From: Myxococcota bacterium
GTDB lineage: Bacteria; Myxococcota_A; Bradymonadia; UBA7976; UBA1532
Assembly: GCA_036337435.1 (NCBI GenBank)
Contig: JAYZEG010000058.1
Location: 224,001 to 288,000 of the forward strand
Direction of reading: 5' to 3'
DNA: 64,000 bases
Below, in pieces: positions 39,901 to 49,075 of this stretch; within the stretch, counting starts at the first letter, position 1, and the number at the start of each line of letters is the position of its first letter. Both the position numbers and the translations under genes were made by a program. Below the pieces are notes generated by a model that was not told where the DNA came from, made no database searches, and saw only the letters and a program-made list of their open reading frames with translations.

Positions 39901-39997
39901 GGCGCGGGAGCAGTTTATTACCATCGGACATGACCGGCTTCTGTCTCAGGGTCGTGTGACCGGGATTTTGACCCAAGAGTCGGTTCGGGTGATGTAA
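36941..39997 (+). CDS. Superfamily 1 helicase (UPF1/DNA2/NAM7-like) with long helical insertion
   Basis: QGPPGTGKT, STNNRAVD, IDEGGQ, GDVHQL, EHFRC, IITPY, TVHRFQGGE, NVAISRAR. Confidence 0.9.
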   Translation: MTDGFMSESMRSSEEMISVLRYWLASVRLEEALTVRPKASRTASTARLNMKDPHGRQAYFKIPLAETGLTLATQGDVDSLTVDIRGERVPYTEQWLKRIYRRQTNRWSTLQTQLGGWIGWPTVYFPHNQELATLFRLRVHLDWLDESGTVFEPPDYRQRKNQKFPPPPTTIKISSLSDGDSELLPYSVDDRLLTHALGVADEELADLHDVFRQADELNALDMVATVTDLLMSDGDWVANLSRGQLSDEVLVADLIDAVRHRLSGASRRPAVYPIILVYDSGQIQTTHHLQRDLATAIDVYRTARLIQTRTPLRQYLDTVPTELVRQTMYGQFSSVPMTNGQRRVAESFQGSTFVSVQGPPGTGKTRLILDLAAAHLVQQIHGLATNGVMDSSLLVITSTNNRAVDTVFEQFTDTPIPLGLRAGSQVVTANRTTTSLLRTLDWLDSQPEFDADSAAALLEKSLSEFKALFDELVVVEKERSDRVSTIQKRRNITRRIAELEQMKISRKVDWTEDQISDLMVVERPLARLATRLNGLLNRLSEGPKRVDDARAFYEETRRRFQKRIVDGLGGRFTFEFPTPPDAMSESDISVCADWLERVEDAQDHLDDLRIRVKKTIQNYRVLEELIRLRRELDLFVEHDDDEMPQDAELALRHTRLYQAAQMARIAWINVHRKDVTRALRSIAEAAASQRSLRKFYSDELTTGRWLKQLFPVVGSTLLSIGNVFSSKVDQFERMVIDEGGQCHPAYAVSALLRCEQALVIGDVHQLEPVVQLTDDDEARVRRSIRLDESAQFLEPYRIGASHPNSAQRLADLSMNDRPNLHEHFRCQPDIIRVSDLLCHYQLDVQTPAVPPTPLLDIPQRVALIPVYGQQERLRGSWYNLAEIEHVERLLSRFESVGVPWHDIAIITPYVGQLDRLRERLRQRKIPWIGDYDQDEHNVTESGIVIGTVHRFQGGERRYVIFTTVVTNERSLHFLNERVNLVNVAISRAREQFITIGHDRLLSQGRVTGILTQESVRVM

Positions 39998-40073
39998 CCC
40001 TCGAGATGTTTAAAAAGCCTAAAGTGCGCCCCGAATCAAAGAATGGGTCTGGCTGTGACAACCGCTTACTGAG

Positions 40074-40751
40074 TTAAAATAATGATTGCTGCTCTGTCCG
40101 GCCGTCTTCGCATGTTGAATCATCGTTTCTCGCCGAATTCACACGGTCGCTGACAGCCATCACGTCAATGAACTGGTTCGGGACGGGCCTGCAAAGATTG
40201 AGCAGGGTTTCTTGTGGTGATCTTGGATCAAGCCATGTCGAGTAATCATCGGGATGCAGGATGACGGGCATCCGTTCATGAATGTGGTGAATTCGAGCAT
40301 TCGCTGTCGTGGTTAAAATAGAGAATGTCTCGAGGTGGTTTTTTCCTCGAACCCAACGACACCAAATGCCAGCCATGGCATAGACATCTTGGCTTAAAAC
40401 TTTGATCAGATGCGGGATTTTTTCAGTGTCCGTCTTCTCCCACTCATAAAAACCACTTGCAGGAATAAGGCACCGCTGTCTTTGAAAACTTGACCGAAAG
40501 GTCGGTTTTTCGGTCACCGTTTCGCTTCGAGCATTGATCATAGGTGCATTAGATTTTGGCGAATCTGCCCAGGGGGGCACAAGACCCCATTGTATTGGGT
40601 CTATCGAGCGAGTACTTGACCAGCCTCGGATCACCGGGACCGTCTGGCTGGGGGCGATATTATATCTCGGACTAAAGTCCATGGAAGCCGGTGTGGAGAA
40701 CAAGTCGATAAGTTCATCGATGGGCACAGACAACTGGTAACGACCACACAT
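40074..40751 (-). CDS. SOS response-associated peptidase (SRAP/YedK/HMCES family)
   Basis: N-terminal MCGRY, RYNIAP, WGLVP, INARSET, RCLIPASGFYEW, IHERMPVIL. Confidence 0.95.
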   Translation of the reverse strand: MCGRYQLSVPIDELIDLFSTPASMDFSPRYNIAPSQTVPVIRGWSSTRSIDPIQWGLVPPWADSPKSNAPMINARSETVTEKPTFRSSFQRQRCLIPASGFYEWEKTDTEKIPHLIKVLSQDVYAMAGIWCRWVRGKNHLETFSILTTTANARIHHIHERMPVILHPDDYSTWLDPRSPQETLLNLCRPVPNQFIDVMAVSDRVNSARNDDSTCEDGRTEQQSLF

Positions 40752-40869
40752 GCTCATTTATCCTCTGGATGAAGTACCCTCTCGACCGATGCCCATTGGC
40801 GTTGAGCATTGATGAGGGACGTAGTTTGTCATAAATATGAGCAAAAGTAACTTCCATGGATAGTGGTTG

Positions 40870-41328
40870 ATGGCCATCATTTTAAGAATTCTATTCGTTG
40901 GGCTTGTCCTCACGCTCATCGTCCTCATCGTTCAGAAAATTCGTGGTCCAAAGGCACTACGAATTCCGAGGCCTTGGAGGCGCCTTGCGAAGCGTCATGA
41001 TGATTTGAGCCAAGCACTCCGATTGCGGACGGAGATCTTTCGAATCCTTCTCAAGACCAACAAAAAAGTCGACGGACCCGTCCCTGAGGAGGTCGATGGC
41101 ATCATCGATGCCATGGTGCTATTGGCGACGACTCGAGAACGTCAAGGCGTCTATAACCAAACAGACGAATTGGCTCAGAGTGCGCTCGACGAACTGAAGA
41201 ATGTCTATCTGCATTTTCTCAACAACAGCAACATTGAAGATCAAAACCGTATGGACCTGGTCCGCGAAAATTTGAAGAAAAAAACCGATGAATTGAAATC
41301 AAACTCCGGCGAGCACACCGCCGACTAA
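40870..41328 (+). CDS. Hypothetical protein (N-terminal TM, helical)
   Basis: Occupies its own intergenic space; hydrophobic N-terminus followed by a charged helical domain. Confidence 0.7.
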   Translation: MAIILRILFVGLVLTLIVLIVQKIRGPKALRIPRPWRRLAKRHDDLSQALRLRTEIFRILLKTNKKVDGPVPEEVDGIIDAMVLLATTRERQGVYNQTDELAQSALDELKNVYLHFLNNSNIEDQNRMDLVRENLKKKTDELKSNSGEHTAD

Positions 41329-41468
41329 CTGAACGGATGGCAATTTCAAATCTCATAGCCGAGATTCGGACCGCCGGTTATTTCTGATTTTCCTTTAAAA
41401 CGCGTTGATCATCAAACGCAGCCAGTGCAAGGTACGCCCGTCGATTGAACTATCGAGGGGCGAGGCTC

Positions 41469-43493
41469 GTGACAATTTCATCTTCTTTGAGAACAGACAT
41501 TACGACTACGATTCGAATGCTCGCAGTCGATGCCATTGAAAAAGCTAAATCAGGTCATCCCGGCGCTCCCATGGGGCTCGCTGATATTGCTTTTCTCGTC
41601 TGGGACGAGTACCTCAAATTCGATCCAAGCGCGCCTAATTGGTATGGACGAGACCGTTTCGTTCTGTCCTGTGGCCACGCATCAATGCTGCAATATGCCC
41701 TTCTCCATCTTTGGGGCTATGATGTTTCAATGGATGATATAAAGGCGTTCCGGCAATGGGATTCAATCACGCCAGGTCATCCAGAAGTGGGTATGACTCC
41801 CGGCGTCGAAGTGACCACGGGTCCTTTGGGACAGGGTGTCGCGAATTCGGTTGGGATGGCACTGGCTGGTAAAATGTTATCGGCGCGTATTGCTGTTGAG
41901 TCAGAGCCTTTCAATCCCATGGGTCAACGCGTGTTTGCACTGTGTTCAGACGGTGACCTTATGGAAGGTGTCGCCTATGAGGCGGCCTCGATGGCGGGTC
42001 ATTGGCAGCTGGACAATTTGGTTTGGCTCTATGACGATAACAAAATCACGATCGATGGGTCTGTTGAATTGGCGTTTAGTGAAGATGTCGCAAAACGCTT
42101 CGAGTCCATGGGTTGGTTTGTTCAGAGTGTTGATGGCCACGATGCAGATGCAATTCGAGAAAAACTCGATTCAGCTGTCGCGAAGACTGGTGCCCCCAGT
42201 TTAATTATTTGCCGAACACACATTGGTCTTGGCAGTCCCAATAAGGTTGATTCGTCAAAATCCCACGGATCGCCCCTGGGAGCGGATGAGGTGGCACTGA
42301 CTCGACAGGGATTTAATTGGCCGGAAACAGAGTTTCACATTCCCGCTTCTGTACGCGCGTATTTTCAAGAAGCAAGCAATAGGAAAAAGAGCCAGCATGT
42401 TCAATGGCAAGCTGACTTTGCTCGCTGGAGAGAGAGCAATCCGACGCAGGCTAAGATCTATGATGACCACTGGCTTGGTGACCTTGCGACTGATTTTTGG
42501 ACAGACTTGGTTGAAGCAGCACCTGCAGCAGGTGCCACCAGAAAGACATCCCAGGCTGTCTTAAATAAGGCGGTGGCAATGTCACCAACTTTGGTGGGTG
42601 GTTCGGCTGATTTGACGGGCTCGAATGGGTCGTCGATTCCAGATACAGCCATTGTTGGTTCACCGACCTTTTCCGGGCAAGACTTCAGCTTTGCCGGTCG
42701 TATGATGCATTACGGTATTCGGGAGCATGCCATGGGTTCCGTCGCGAACGGGATGCTGCTTCACGGTGGATTTAGACCATTTACGGCGACCTTCCTGATC
42801 TTCAGCGATTATATGAGGCCAAGCATTCGATTGGCCGCTCTGAGTCACCTTCCCAATATCTTTATCTTTACTCATGACAGTGTATTTTTGGGGGAAGATG
42901 GGCCGACTCATCAGCCTATCGAGCATCATTGGGCACTGAGAATGATTCCAAATCTGGCTTATTTTAGGCCCGCTGATGGTGTTGAAGTTGCGATGGCATG
43001 GGCTTGGACGATGAAGAGCTCAAAGACGCCCGCTGCACTCGGTTTAACCCGCCAAGGATTACCGGCCATCGAGCGGGCTGCTGACTTTGACCCGAAGCAA
43101 GTTTGGCGTGGTGGTTATGTCATCAGCGAAATCGCTCAGGCCGATGTCACCCTTGTCGGTACGGGTTCTGAGCTTCACCTCTGTGTTGACGCCGCTGCCA
43201 TCCTGGCGTCCGAGGGAATCCGTGCTCGAGTCGTCTCTATGCCGTGTGTTGACTTGTTTGAAGAGCAATCAACCGATTACATTGAAATGGTTCTCCCCGG
43301 AGATATACCGGTTGTAACAGTTGAGGCCGGTGTTACTGGACCCTGGCGGGCATACACTGGGCGAACAGGGCTCGCTATCGGCATCGATCGATTTGGTGCA
43401 TCTGCTCCGGCTGAGATCCTTGCAGAAAAGTTTGGTCTGACGGCCCCTCAGGTGGCTCACTCCGTCAAGTCATCAATCAAAGGCTCGCGCTAA
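41469..43493 (+). CDS. tkt: Transketolase
   Basis: SGHPGAPMG, RDRFVLSCGH, TTGPLGQG, SDGDLMEG, YGIREHAM, THDSVFLGEDGPTHQP. Confidence 0.97.
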   Translation: MTISSSLRTDITTTIRMLAVDAIEKAKSGHPGAPMGLADIAFLVWDEYLKFDPSAPNWYGRDRFVLSCGHASMLQYALLHLWGYDVSMDDIKAFRQWDSITPGHPEVGMTPGVEVTTGPLGQGVANSVGMALAGKMLSARIAVESEPFNPMGQRVFALCSDGDLMEGVAYEAASMAGHWQLDNLVWLYDDNKITIDGSVELAFSEDVAKRFESMGWFVQSVDGHDADAIREKLDSAVAKTGAPSLIICRTHIGLGSPNKVDSSKSHGSPLGADEVALTRQGFNWPETEFHIPASVRAYFQEASNRKKSQHVQWQADFARWRESNPTQAKIYDDHWLGDLATDFWTDLVEAAPAAGATRKTSQAVLNKAVAMSPTLVGGSADLTGSNGSSIPDTAIVGSPTFSGQDFSFAGRMMHYGIREHAMGSVANGMLLHGGFRPFTATFLIFSDYMRPSIRLAALSHLPNIFIFTHDSVFLGEDGPTHQPIEHHWALRMIPNLAYFRPADGVEVAMAWAWTMKSSKTPAALGLTRQGLPAIERAADFDPKQVWRGGYVISEIAQADVTLVGTGSELHLCVDAAAILASEGIRARVVSMPCVDLFEEQSTDYIEMVLPGDIPVVTVEAGVTGPWRAYTGRTGLAIGIDRFGASAPAEILAEKFGLTAPQVAHSVKSSIKGSR

Positions 43494-43667
43494 ATAATTT
43501 AGGTCTACCGGGCTGCTCAATCAGGCGCTTCAGGTTCTATCGAGATCGTTTAATCATTTCGCTTTATGACAGCTCGAAGGATTGTGCCTACACCGCTTTT
43601 AGCCCTCGGATGAGTCCCAATAAACCCGCGTAAATCCTGTCAAATGGCCTTGTTTAAACGGAAAGTG

Positions 43668-43695
43668 TTGACTCGCGCCCTGGCCAGCGTAGTCT
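43668..43695 (+). promoter_or_regulatory. Putative sigma70 promoter, probably leaderless
   Basis: TTGACT-N16-TAGTCT, ATG 7 nt downstream, no SD. Confidence 0.45.
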
Positions 43696-43702
43696 TCGCT
43701 TA

Positions 43703-46700
43703 ATGGGAAAGAAAAAGAACAAACGCAGTCACCGTCAGAACAAGTCGAGAGGGCTCTCGCGACAGGTGCAGAAGGTGGCGGTTTCTAGCCAACCAGATTT
43801 AGCGTCGGCAAGTCCGGCTGAGACCGCCGCTGAGGTTCGGCTACAACCCTTTGTCGCTGGGCCAAGATTCTCGGTATTGATGGCAGCGTATAATCGAGCT
43901 GACCTGATTCACGTTGCCATTGACAGTGTTCTTGCTCAGGACTTTCAAGATTATGAGTTAGTCATCGTTGATGATGGCTCGACGGACGACACGCCAAACG
44001 TTGTCGGTCGTTACCAAGATGCACGCATTCGTTACATCAGAAAATCTCATAACGAAGGGCGTTCTCCAACCCGAAATCGAGCAATTTCTGAGGCCCGAGG
44101 TGAATTCGTGCTGTGGATGGCAGACGATGACTTACTCAGCCCAAACCTGTTGACTTTGTATGATGGAATTTTGCGGGAAGAGCCACATATCGATGTGATC
44201 TACGGCAAGCTTCAATTGTTTGACCACGACTCCGGTGATGATCTTAATCTTTTCACGCCCAATGACTGGACGGGTCGCGATGCCGAGATAATTGGCGCAA
44301 AACTATACGGTTCTTGCGTGCCCGATGGTGGAACTGCAACCCGGAGGCGCATTTACCAATCTGTGGGTCCCGGACCCTACGACGATGAGTTCGTGCGAGC
44401 ACAGGATTATGAGTTATGGACTCGAATTGTAGGACAGGCCCGATTTAGATTCGTCGATGAAGTGGTCTATCGATACCGAAAACATTCCGGAGGGACATCG
44501 TGGGGCGAGTTCATAGACTTAACGCTCGACTCCAAGATCATTCGGCGACATTTGAATAGGCACCCGATCAAGCGTTTATTTTCGTCGTTAGATTGGCGTC
44601 AGGACGACCTGGCTTTGAACCAAGCTTACTTGAGAATCGCTAAAAATTTGCAGATGTATGGTGACCATCTGAATGCCCATCGCTTTCTCGATGCCATTGT
44701 CGGTCATGAATCGTGGCCTGAAGCGATTCTACATCGAGGCCATTCGTATATTGCCATGGGTGACTTAGACGGTGTCGAAGCACTCATCAACGGGGTGCCC
44801 AACGCATGCGGTATCGCCCACGACGTTCAATCAGACCTTCAGGACATAGTTCGCACGCTCAGGGGTTTTATTGATGCGTGTGATGACTGGTTTGGAAAAG
44901 GTCAATTGGACGCCATTGTTCGGCAAGCCGCAGCCTTCGATAACCGGTATTTTCAGACCTACCACACGATGTACTTTCGTGGCCGGGCTCATGATCGTGC
45001 AGGCAATGCTGAGGCGGCTCTTCACTGTTATTGTTTGGCTGGACGACTCAATCCGTCGGATGAGGCAACCGACGACCTAGTCAAGCGCCTTCGCAAGACG
45101 GTAGGAGAGACACCGAAGACTGATCTAACCGCCATGCGACGACGCCTGAATGAACGGCTCTACACGATTCCAATTCGAGCACAGAGCCAAAAAAACGCAC
45201 TCAAATTAGTTCATGTGATTGCAACCGGAGTTTCAGGAAATGCCCTAGACCAGTCTCTAAAATCCGTCTGTAACCAAAGTCATACTCACCTCAAAATACA
45301 TCTTTTTGGTGCCGAGACATCGGTGACAGACGACCGGATTGTGAAAAGGTCTGACTCTGAATCTCCCAGGGATTTCATTTTGCAGCTTGAAGATGAGTAT
45401 ATCGCTTGGATCGACGACAAAACAATTTGGGCTGCAAACCATCTGAAACATGGCATCAGTGTCCTAGGCGATCAGTTTGACACGGCGGCCATGTGTGGCT
45501 TGAGAAAGGCGGACACCGACGGGCAGAGCGGCACCATCGAACTCGACACGCAAGCGCATTATGATCCGGCGATTTGCTTTAGTCGCAACCAATTGCCTCT
45601 GACCCACTTTGTCCATCATAGAAGCGGGCTAGCTGATGACGGCTTGACGTTTCGACAGACCGCTGACGAGGAATGGGACCTCGCACTCCAGCTGATCCTG
45701 TCAGACAAAACACGCTTTGTCGCTGCACCGACGGTGATTCAGATTGTTGAACATGAGCCAAAGTGCATGAGTGACTCTGTCTCGGCAGGCCTAGAACTAC
45801 TTCGATTCTTCCAACCGTACACCAGCCAAACTGGCTTTAATGTACGGGCAAGAACTGCACAAAATGCCCTCTTGGCACCGCTTGGCTTTCGTGTGTCGAG
45901 GCAAGGGCGAACCTCAATCATCCTGCACGGTGGTCGTTTCATCAGCGAAATCCAGGATGCGGTAAGGCACCTGCGAGCAAAGACGCTTGTTCCTCACGAA
46001 TTTGTCGTCATGGTTGACCCACCAAGTTTTGACGTTGCCGAAGAAATTAATCATTGGGCAAATGAGTTTGATGACGTCCGTGTATGCGAGTATCGGGCTT
46101 GGACTGGTCTGGCGAAGCAAATTAATGATGGTTTGGCGCGGGCTAATGGCGAATATGTCGCTGTGGTACATATGACAACACGGGTTCCAGATGGCTGGCT
46201 AGGGCGCTTGCAAGGCTGTACGACCGATGGCCGCTCGACGGTCGTGATACCCAGTCTGAGCGAGCACACCTCGATAGGTTCGGTAGACGTCAACCAAAGC
46301 CGGTCATCGGAAAGCATGACTGGTCACTGCTTGTTAATTCCAAGACAGGTCATCGATCGGATAGGAGGTCTCGATGTCACTTTGGGGGCACCCGGTTTTG
46401 AATGGCTTGATTACCACCGTCGGCTGTCTTTGGCTGGGTTTGATGTTCAAATAGCCGAGGATGTGAACGTCATATCTGAGTTCGTTGAGAGCGCCGGCGA
46501 TGAGATTCATCAAGGCCGGTTTGAACGTCGCTGGCAGGGCGTCTACTCAGAGACGTACAATCGCCCCCTTCATTTTCAAAAATTTGGATCAGAAGAGGGC
46601 TTCAGACCCGATTCTCGTCCCGTTTTGGTCGAAGAAGCCGGTAAAAATAATCTCCTGGTTATGCCGCCTTGGGCTGACCCAGATGCATTGGTTGAATTTC

Positions 46701-47020
46701 TGTCTTTCTGTTCTCAAAGTGAGCGGCCGCTCACACTATGGATGCGTTGTCCGCCCGGCACGGCTCATCAAAGGGTGAATTCGCTGACCGAAATCATCAG
46801 CACGACAGCCATACGTCAGTCTGAACAGGTCAGCATTCTATTGGTTGATTCCAACTTAGCACCCGAGCGAGAATCGGGGCTTTATCGAGCGGCCGATGCC
46901 GTGTTTGTCAATGATACCTGGCCAGGTATTAGCGATGTGATTCGACGTTCTTACGATTGTCGGCGCCGACTTCTTCGCGGATATTTGGAATTGGAGGAAT
47001 GGCTGGCAAGTGATGCATAA
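43703..47020 (+). CDS. Multidomain glycosyltransferase (GT2 + TPR-like + two degenerate GT2-like domains)
   Basis: SVLMAAYN..VIVDDGSTD..WMADDD..AQDYELW; later YIAWIDD and INDGLARANGEYVAVV remnants. Confidence 0.85.
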   Translation: MGKKKNKRSHRQNKSRGLSRQVQKVAVSSQPDLASASPAETAAEVRLQPFVAGPRFSVLMAAYNRADLIHVAIDSVLAQDFQDYELVIVDDGSTDDTPNVVGRYQDARIRYIRKSHNEGRSPTRNRAISEARGEFVLWMADDDLLSPNLLTLYDGILREEPHIDVIYGKLQLFDHDSGDDLNLFTPNDWTGRDAEIIGAKLYGSCVPDGGTATRRRIYQSVGPGPYDDEFVRAQDYELWTRIVGQARFRFVDEVVYRYRKHSGGTSWGEFIDLTLDSKIIRRHLNRHPIKRLFSSLDWRQDDLALNQAYLRIAKNLQMYGDHLNAHRFLDAIVGHESWPEAILHRGHSYIAMGDLDGVEALINGVPNACGIAHDVQSDLQDIVRTLRGFIDACDDWFGKGQLDAIVRQAAAFDNRYFQTYHTMYFRGRAHDRAGNAEAALHCYCLAGRLNPSDEATDDLVKRLRKTVGETPKTDLTAMRRRLNERLYTIPIRAQSQKNALKLVHVIATGVSGNALDQSLKSVCNQSHTHLKIHLFGAETSVTDDRIVKRSDSESPRDFILQLEDEYIAWIDDKTIWAANHLKHGISVLGDQFDTAAMCGLRKADTDGQSGTIELDTQAHYDPAICFSRNQLPLTHFVHHRSGLADDGLTFRQTADEEWDLALQLILSDKTRFVAAPTVIQIVEHEPKCMSDSVSAGLELLRFFQPYTSQTGFNVRARTAQNALLAPLGFRVSRQGRTSIILHGGRFISEIQDAVRHLRAKTLVPHEFVVMVDPPSFDVAEEINHWANEFDDVRVCEYRAWTGLAKQINDGLARANGEYVAVVHMTTRVPDGWLGRLQGCTTDGRSTVVIPSLSEHTSIGSVDVNQSRSSESMTGHCLLIPRQVIDRIGGLDVTLGAPGFEWLDYHRRLSLAGFDVQIAEDVNVISEFVESAGDEIHQGRFERRWQGVYSETYNRPLHFQKFGSEEGFRPDSRPVLVEEAGKNNLLVMPPWADPDALVEFLSFCSQSERPLTLWMRCPPGTAHQRVNSLTEIISTTAIRQSEQVSILLVDSNLAPERESGLYRAADAVFVNDTWPGISDVIRRSYDCRRRLLRGYLELEEWLASDA

Positions 47021-49073
47021 AATAGATGTCAACTTGCTGATCGTCGACAATTACGACTCGTTTACATTTAATTTGTATCAATACGCCTCTGAGCTCTGTG
47101 CCGCGCCACCCATTGTCGTGACAAACGATCATTCGTTTGACGCGCTCGACCTCGATGCGTTTGATGCAATCCTTATCTCTCCAGGTCCAGGCTCTCCAGA
47201 GAAAGACTCTGATTTCGGAATCTGTGGTCGGCTTATTGAGACTGTAAACTGTCCTATTTTAGGTGTGTGTCTCGGACATCAAGGGATTGCACATGTCTTC
47301 GGAGGAACAGTCACAAGCGCGACCGAGCCCATGCATGGAAGAGAGAGCCTCGTTCGTCACAATGGAGATGTTCTATTTGCCGACATACCCGAATCATTTA
47401 ATGTCATTCGTTATCATTCGCTCATCGTTTCTCAATTACCCGACTCACTCATTCCGATTGCGCATGCGGGCGAAGAACTGATGGCTCTTCGTCATCGGAC
47501 ACGTCCGATTTGGGGTGTTCAGTTTCACCCCGAATCCATCGGAACAGAGTATGGAAAAACCCTTCTGGCCAATTTCCTAAAGAGCGTCCCGACTGCCGTT
47601 GAACCCAAAATCAGCGGCTGCTCCATGCCGTCTTTAGCAGAGCCCGATGTTGCCTCGACACCTCAGGCTTATCAATATCGTCTCCGATTTGAGTCACTCC
47701 CGCAGCTCGCGGATGCTGAGTCTGTCTTTGAAGCACTGTATGGAGCCAGTGAACATGCCTTTTGGCTCGACAGCACACGCATTGATTCAGCAATGTCGAG
47801 GTTTAGTTACATGGGTGGCTGCGATGGACACAGTGGAACTCGTCTGCGCTATAATGTACGAACCTCGGCCCTTCAGATTTCAACCGCTGAAGATGAGCAC
47901 CACATCTCAGGCCCTTTTTTCGATTGTCTGTCTCAATTTCTGAGCCGGTTTGAATTGATTGACGTAGATGCGCCCTTCGATTTTAGGGGGGGTCTAGTTG
48001 GTTACGTGGGCTATGAAATTAAAGGTCAGACAGGCGGTGACGATCGATTTCGTGCGCCAACGGATGATGCACTGTTCTTCTTTGTTGAGCGCTTTATCGT
48101 CTTCGATCATCTCGAAAAAAAACAATATGTCTGTGCCTTGGAGACTCCCGAGAACAAAGAGTCAGTCGACATTTGGTTCAACAGGTGTCGGCGCTTAAAA
48201 ATACACGAGGAGCAATTCGATCAGCCCGTCGACTTTCGGGTGGGCCATTTCCTGCCGGCTCACTCGCGAGACGAGTATTTAGAAAATATTGAAAAGGCAC
48301 TCGAGTACATTCGGTCTGGTGAAAGTTATGAGGTTTGCCTGACCACTCAGTTTACCGGTCGGCCAATCGAGGACCCTCTGGGATTGTATCGTCAGCTTAG
48401 ACGAGCTCATGATGTCCCCTTTGGTGCATTTTTGAAAAGCAATAACTTAGCGATTGCATCCGCGTCTCCGGAGCGATTTCTGAAAATATCTAACGGCGGT
48501 CATCTAGAAGCAAAACCCATCAAGGGTACAGCTGAACGATCCAATGACAGCCGGCTAGACTCGCATTCTGCTCGTCAGCTGGCGTCGTCTGAGAAAGAGC
48601 GGTCTGAAAACTTAATGATTGTCGATCTGCTTCGAAATGACCTCGGTCGCGTGGCTCAGACAGGCACGGTCACGGTCGACCAATTAATGAACATTGAATC
48701 TTATGCTGTACACCAAATGGTCAGCACGATTTCTGGCCAGCTTAAAGATGAACTCCATGCCCTTGATGCACTCAAATCATGTTTTCCGGGTGGTTCGATG
48801 ACGGGTGCGCCAAAACTGAGGACATTGGAGATTATTGATCGTCTAGAAGGACAGGCACGAGGCGTTTATTCAGGCTGTCTCGGATATATTTCCTTAGACG
48901 GCGGTGCAGACTTCAACATCGTGATCCGGTCGCTGGTGATGACGCCGGAATCGACCACCTTGGGTGTGGGCGGTGCCATCGTTTACTTGTCGGAACCAGA
49001 GGCGGAATGGGGCGAAGTATTACTGAAGGCTCGCTCGGTCCTAGATCCTCTTCATGGTGTTCTCGTCGATTAA
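47013..49073 (+). CDS. pabB: Fused aminodeoxychorismate synthase (PabA-PabB)
   Basis: GATase DNYDSFT, SPGPG, GVCLGHQ, QFHPES; chorismate-binding SPERF, PIKGT, ENLMIVDLLRND, FPGGSMTGAPK. Confidence 0.9.
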   Translation: MHKIDVNLLIVDNYDSFTFNLYQYASELCAAPPIVVTNDHSFDALDLDAFDAILISPGPGSPEKDSDFGICGRLIETVNCPILGVCLGHQGIAHVFGGTVTSATEPMHGRESLVRHNGDVLFADIPESFNVIRYHSLIVSQLPDSLIPIAHAGEELMALRHRTRPIWGVQFHPESIGTEYGKTLLANFLKSVPTAVEPKISGCSMPSLAEPDVASTPQAYQYRLRFESLPQLADAESVFEALYGASEHAFWLDSTRIDSAMSRFSYMGGCDGHSGTRLRYNVRTSALQISTAEDEHHISGPFFDCLSQFLSRFELIDVDAPFDFRGGLVGYVGYEIKGQTGGDDRFRAPTDDALFFFVERFIVFDHLEKKQYVCALETPENKESVDIWFNRCRRLKIHEEQFDQPVDFRVGHFLPAHSRDEYLENIEKALEYIRSGESYEVCLTTQFTGRPIEDPLGLYRQLRRAHDVPFGAFLKSNNLAIASASPERFLKISNGGHLEAKPIKGTAERSNDSRLDSHSARQLASSEKERSENLMIVDLLRNDLGRVAQTGTVTVDQLMNIESYAVHQMVSTISGQLKDELHALDALKSCFPGGSMTGAPKLRTLEIIDRLEGQARGVYSGCLGYISLDGGADFNIVIRSLVMTPESTTLGVGGAIVYLSEPEAEWGEVLLKARSVLDPLHGVLVD

Positions 49074-49075
49074 TC

